Made by a program: the position numbers and the translations under genes. A stretch of 64,000 nucleotides of DNA from Gemmatimonas sp. (GTDB lineage Bacteria; Gemmatimonadota; Gemmatimonadetes; Gemmatimonadales; Gemmatimonadaceae): assembly GCA_965279375.1 (NCBI GenBank), contig OZ257156.1:4544001-4608000 (forward strand). Direction: 5' to 3'. The notes under the pieces were generated by a model that worked only from the letters and a program-made list of their open reading frames with translations, was not told the DNA's origin and did no database searches. Positions 61,074 to 64,000 of this stretch are shown here, piece by piece. How positions within the stretch are numbered: position 1 is the first letter of the stretch; each line of letters begins with the position of its first letter.

Positions 61074-61714
61074 CGCGCGGGAGCGTGCTCGATCGGACCG
61101 TAGGCGTAGTGCAGTCCGTGATCGTGAAAGAGCTGGACCATACGGCCCAACGGCAGTCCCATGACGGCGAAGTAGTCTCCGTCGATTCGCTCGACGTTGG
61201 TGGCGCCGAATCCTTGAATGCCGTACGCGCCGGCCTTGTCCATCGGTTCGCCGGTGGCGACGTACGCGGCGATCCGCGCATCGTCGAGCGTACGAAACGT
61301 GACGGAGACCGACTCCACACCGGAAAGCGTGCGACCGCCGTGGCTCACCGCCACCGCAGTGAACACCGTGTGCGTGCGTCCGCTCAAACGGCGCAGCATC
61401 GCTACCGCATGCGCTGCATCCGCCGGCTTGCCGAGGATATCGCCATCGATCACGACGATCGTGTCCGACCCGATCACGACGGCCGTCGGGTCCGTCGCCG
61501 CCAGCGTTTCCGCTTTGGTGCGCGCCAGGCGTTCGCAGTGCGGCACGGGGGCCTCGTCCGGATGCACCGATTCATCCACGTCGGCCGGTTGCACTTCGTG
61601 CGGAATGCCCACGAGCGCAAGCAGCTCGCGGCGGCGTGGCGATTGGGAAGCCAGGATCACCCGAGGGCGGGCTCCCGACGCGTCGAGCGAGACGGCTGAG
61701 GTTGGGGTCGTCAT
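61070..61714 (-). CDS. maf: Maf-family nucleotide pyrophosphatase
   Basis: ILASQSPRRRELL, GSDTIV, GKP, DKAGAYGIQ, VMGLP. Confidence 0.95.
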   Translation of the reverse strand: MTTPTSAVSLDASGARPRVILASQSPRRRELLALVGIPHEVQPADVDESVHPDEAPVPHCERLARTKAETLAATDPTAVVIGSDTIVVIDGDILGKPADAAHAVAMLRRLSGRTHTVFTAVAVSHGGRTLSGVESVSVTFRTLDDARIAAYVATGEPMDKAGAYGIQGFGATNVERIDGDYFAVMGLPLGRMVQLFHDHGLHYAYGPIEHAPAR

Positions 61715-61794
61715 GTGCGATAAATTATCCGATGTCGACAGCGCACCGACAGGCATTCACGCCACAAACACCGCACGAGTTTTTGAGGTCGATC

Positions 61795-62976
61795 ATGTCC
61801 GATAGCGAGCACTTCGAAACCCTGGCCATTCGCACGCAGGCGCCGACCTCCCACGAACGGGAGCACTCGGTGCCGCTCTATCTGACATCGAGCTTTCGTT
61901 TCGATGACGCGGAGCATGCGCGCGCGCTGTTCACGGAAGAGGTGCAAGGCAACGTCTACAGCCGCTATTCGAATCCGAACACCGACGAGTTCGTGCGGAA
62001 GCTGTGCCTCCTGGAAGGTGCCGAGGACGGCATCGCGACGGCGTCCGGCATGGGCGCGGTGTTCACCGCACTCGCTTCGCGACTCTCGGCCGGTGACCAT
62101 GTGGTGTCGTCGCGCGCGCTGTTCGGATCCACGCACCAGATCTTCACGCGCATCCTGCCCAAGTGGGGCGTGACCTGCACCTATGTGGACGCCATCGATC
62201 AGGATGCGTGGTCACGCGCGGTCACGCCGGCAACCAAGCTCCTCTTCATCGAAACGCCGTCGAATCCCGGGCTCGAGCTGATCGATCTGGCGTGGCTTGG
62301 CGCATTCGCGAAGGAGCGTGGGCTGCTGTTGATGGTCGACAATTGCTTCGCGACGCCGTACCTGCAGCAGCCGATCAAGCATGGCGCCTCGATCGTGATT
62401 CATTCCGCGACCAAATACATCGACGGCCAGGGGCGCGTGCTGGGTGGTGTCATTGTGGGACCGAGCGCGCTGATCGCGGACGACCGCTTCTTCGCACGGC
62501 ACACCGGGCCTTCGATGAGTGCGTTTAACGCGTGGGTGCTGTCGAAGTCGCTGGAGACGTTGGCCGTGCGCATGGACCGGCACTGCAGCAATGCGTTGGC
62601 ACTGGCGCAGCATTTCGACGGTCATGCTGCGCTCGAGTCCGTCCGCTACCCGTTCCTGCCGTCGCATCCGCAGTACGAGCTCGCCCGCCGTCAGATGTCG
62701 CAGGGCGGCGGAATCGTCGTGCTCGTCGTGAAGGGCGGCATCGAGCGCGGGCGCCGCTTTCTCGACGCCGTCGAGATGTGCTCGCACTCGCCCAACCTGG
62801 GCGATACGCGGAGCATCGTCACGCATCCCGCCTCCACGACGCATAGCAAGCTCACCGGCGCGGAGCGCGCGGCGGTGGGGATCACCGACGGTCTCGTGCG
62901 GGTGAGCGTCGGCCTGGAACACATCGACGACATTATCGCCGACATCGAGCAGGCGCTCGACCGGTCGGCGAGCTGA
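61795..62976 (+). CDS. metZ: O-succinylhomoserine sulfhydrylase-type PLP transsulfuration enzyme
   Basis: YSRYSNP, ASGMGA, ETPSNP, DNCFATP, HSATKYIDGQGRVLGG, NLGD. Confidence 0.88.
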   Translation: MSDSEHFETLAIRTQAPTSHEREHSVPLYLTSSFRFDDAEHARALFTEEVQGNVYSRYSNPNTDEFVRKLCLLEGAEDGIATASGMGAVFTALASRLSAGDHVVSSRALFGSTHQIFTRILPKWGVTCTYVDAIDQDAWSRAVTPATKLLFIETPSNPGLELIDLAWLGAFAKERGLLLMVDNCFATPYLQQPIKHGASIVIHSATKYIDGQGRVLGGVIVGPSALIADDRFFARHTGPSMSAFNAWVLSKSLETLAVRMDRHCSNALALAQHFDGHAALESVRYPFLPSHPQYELARRQMSQGGGIVVLVVKGGIERGRRFLDAVEMCSHSPNLGDTRSIVTHPASTTHSKLTGAERAAVGITDGLVRVSVGLEHIDDIIADIEQALDRSAS

Positions 62977-63157
62977 GCACCGACCTGACGAAACCCGGGG
63001 CCGGTTAGGGTTTGGCGCTGCTCTGGTGTTGGCATAGCGTGTGCGAAGCTGCACACGCGAGTCCGACATCCGCGAACCTACCGGGAGCGTAGCACTCGGA
63101 ATACCGGACGCGGTTGCGGCGTCCTTCGAATCGTGACGGGGAACGGCCGAACGCGAA

Positions 63158-63652
63158 TCAGCCCTGACTGTCACGTGGCGCGACGTTTGCTGCGTCGCGC
63201 TCCAGCCAGAGTGTTACGGGACCGTCGTTGACGAGGTCAACTTCCATGGCAGCGCCGAACGAGCCGGTCTCCACCACGACGTTGTTCGCTCGCAGGAGTA
63301 TCAAGAAGTCGTTATATAGTTGAGCAGCAATCGCGGGAGGGGCGGCCGTCACGAAACTCGGCCGGCGCCCCTTGCGCGCATCGCCGTAGAGAGTGAACTG
63401 TGAAACCACCAACAGGGAACCGCCGTGTTCGGCGAGGTCGCGATTCATTCGACCTTCGTCATCCGGGAACAGTCGGAGACCGACGATCTTCTCCGCCATC
63501 CAGCGCAGCTCGGCGGCGCTATCTGTTGACGTGAAGCCCACCAAAACCACGTAACCCGGGCCTATGCGTCCGGAGACCCACGGCGACTCGCCAGGTGCCT
63601 CCGGCCTGATTCGCACTTCAGCCCTGCTGACCCGCTGGAGTAGAATTCGCAT
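63158..63652 (-). CDS. dtd: D-aminoacyl-tRNA deacylase
   Basis: MRILLQRVSRAEV, VSQFTL, KGRRPSF, FGAAMEVDLVNDGPVT. Confidence 0.97.
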   Translation of the reverse strand: MRILLQRVSRAEVRIRPEAPGESPWVSGRIGPGYVVLVGFTSTDSAAELRWMAEKIVGLRLFPDDEGRMNRDLAEHGGSLLVVSQFTLYGDARKGRRPSFVTAAPPAIAAQLYNDFLILLRANNVVVETGSFGAAMEVDLVNDGPVTLWLERDAANVAPRDSQG

Positions 63653-63700
63653 GGCGCGATAGTTTCGCCGCCGACCCCCACCTGGGGAAGGGCGGCACCA

Positions 63701-64000
63701 ATGCCAATCAAGACCTCCGTGCAACAGCGACTTGCCTTACAGTTCAACCTCGTGCCTCGTACCGGCGCGATTGATGCCGACGCCGCCTTCCTTGACGCCT
63801 GTGTCGTCTGGCTAGGGCTCGAACACGGGCAAACGTTGTCGTGGGATGCCCCGTCCAACCACACGCTCGACGGTGGCCGGATTCTCCGATGGGCGCCGTA
63901 CCGCGCCGACGGACGCGCGCTCGCCGACATCGTGGTGCACGCTCCCGATCCTCTCGACCGGTCGCTGCAGTGGTCCACGCACGTCACCTACGTGTCCACC
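63701..64000 (+). CDS. Hypothetical protein, 5' part (runs off window end)
   Basis: Open frame MPIKTSVQQRLALQF...QWSTHVTYVST with no stop up to 64000; divergent from dtd. Confidence 0.5.
   Translation, partial: MPIKTSVQQRLALQFNLVPRTGAIDADAAFLDACVVWLGLEHGQTLSWDAPSNHTLDGGRILRWAPYRADGRALADIVVHAPDPLDRSLQWSTHVTYVST

Noticed and set aside
62984..63016. CTGACGA followed by a hairpin, like a hammerhead ribozyme core
   Set aside because: The required GAAA after stem II is absent (GGCG follows)

Overview
A high-GC (roughly two-thirds by eye) chromosomal segment of a diderm bacterium; gene content and style suggest Gemmatimonas/Gemmatimonadota (inference). I found no mobile elements, prophage or CRISPR. 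From left to right it carries: trmD-rimM-rpsP and ffh; a first lon; a pilD operon; a nucleotide salvage block (CpdB-like nucleotidase, small beta-grasp protein, add, PNP; divergently udk coupled to phoB-phoR); cobB; a phosphate cluster (TonB-dependent receptor, large repeat/beta-helix lipoprotein, unknown lipoprotein, pstSCA-pstB-pstB-phoU-ppx, convergent DUF47-pit-ppk1); rhomboid, dnaK, degP and tRNA-Leu(TAG); a crtB-cruF-crtI carotenoid cluster; tig-clpP-clpX-lon-engB; a trpE/FHA-GAF adenylate cyclase/Kdo kinase/GT9 unit; maf, metZ and dtd. The best candidate for an undescribed system is the ~25 kb phosphate/nucleotide-scavenging island. An 11-bp-periodic GT(G/T)ACA-like direct repeat recurs upstream of five of its genes/operons and points to a TonB receptor plus surface lipoproteins feeding a nucleotide-degradation pathway. 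Also notable are a perfect PpsR-type palindrome over the crtB promoter and two apparent CTG-initiated genes (rimM, second lon).
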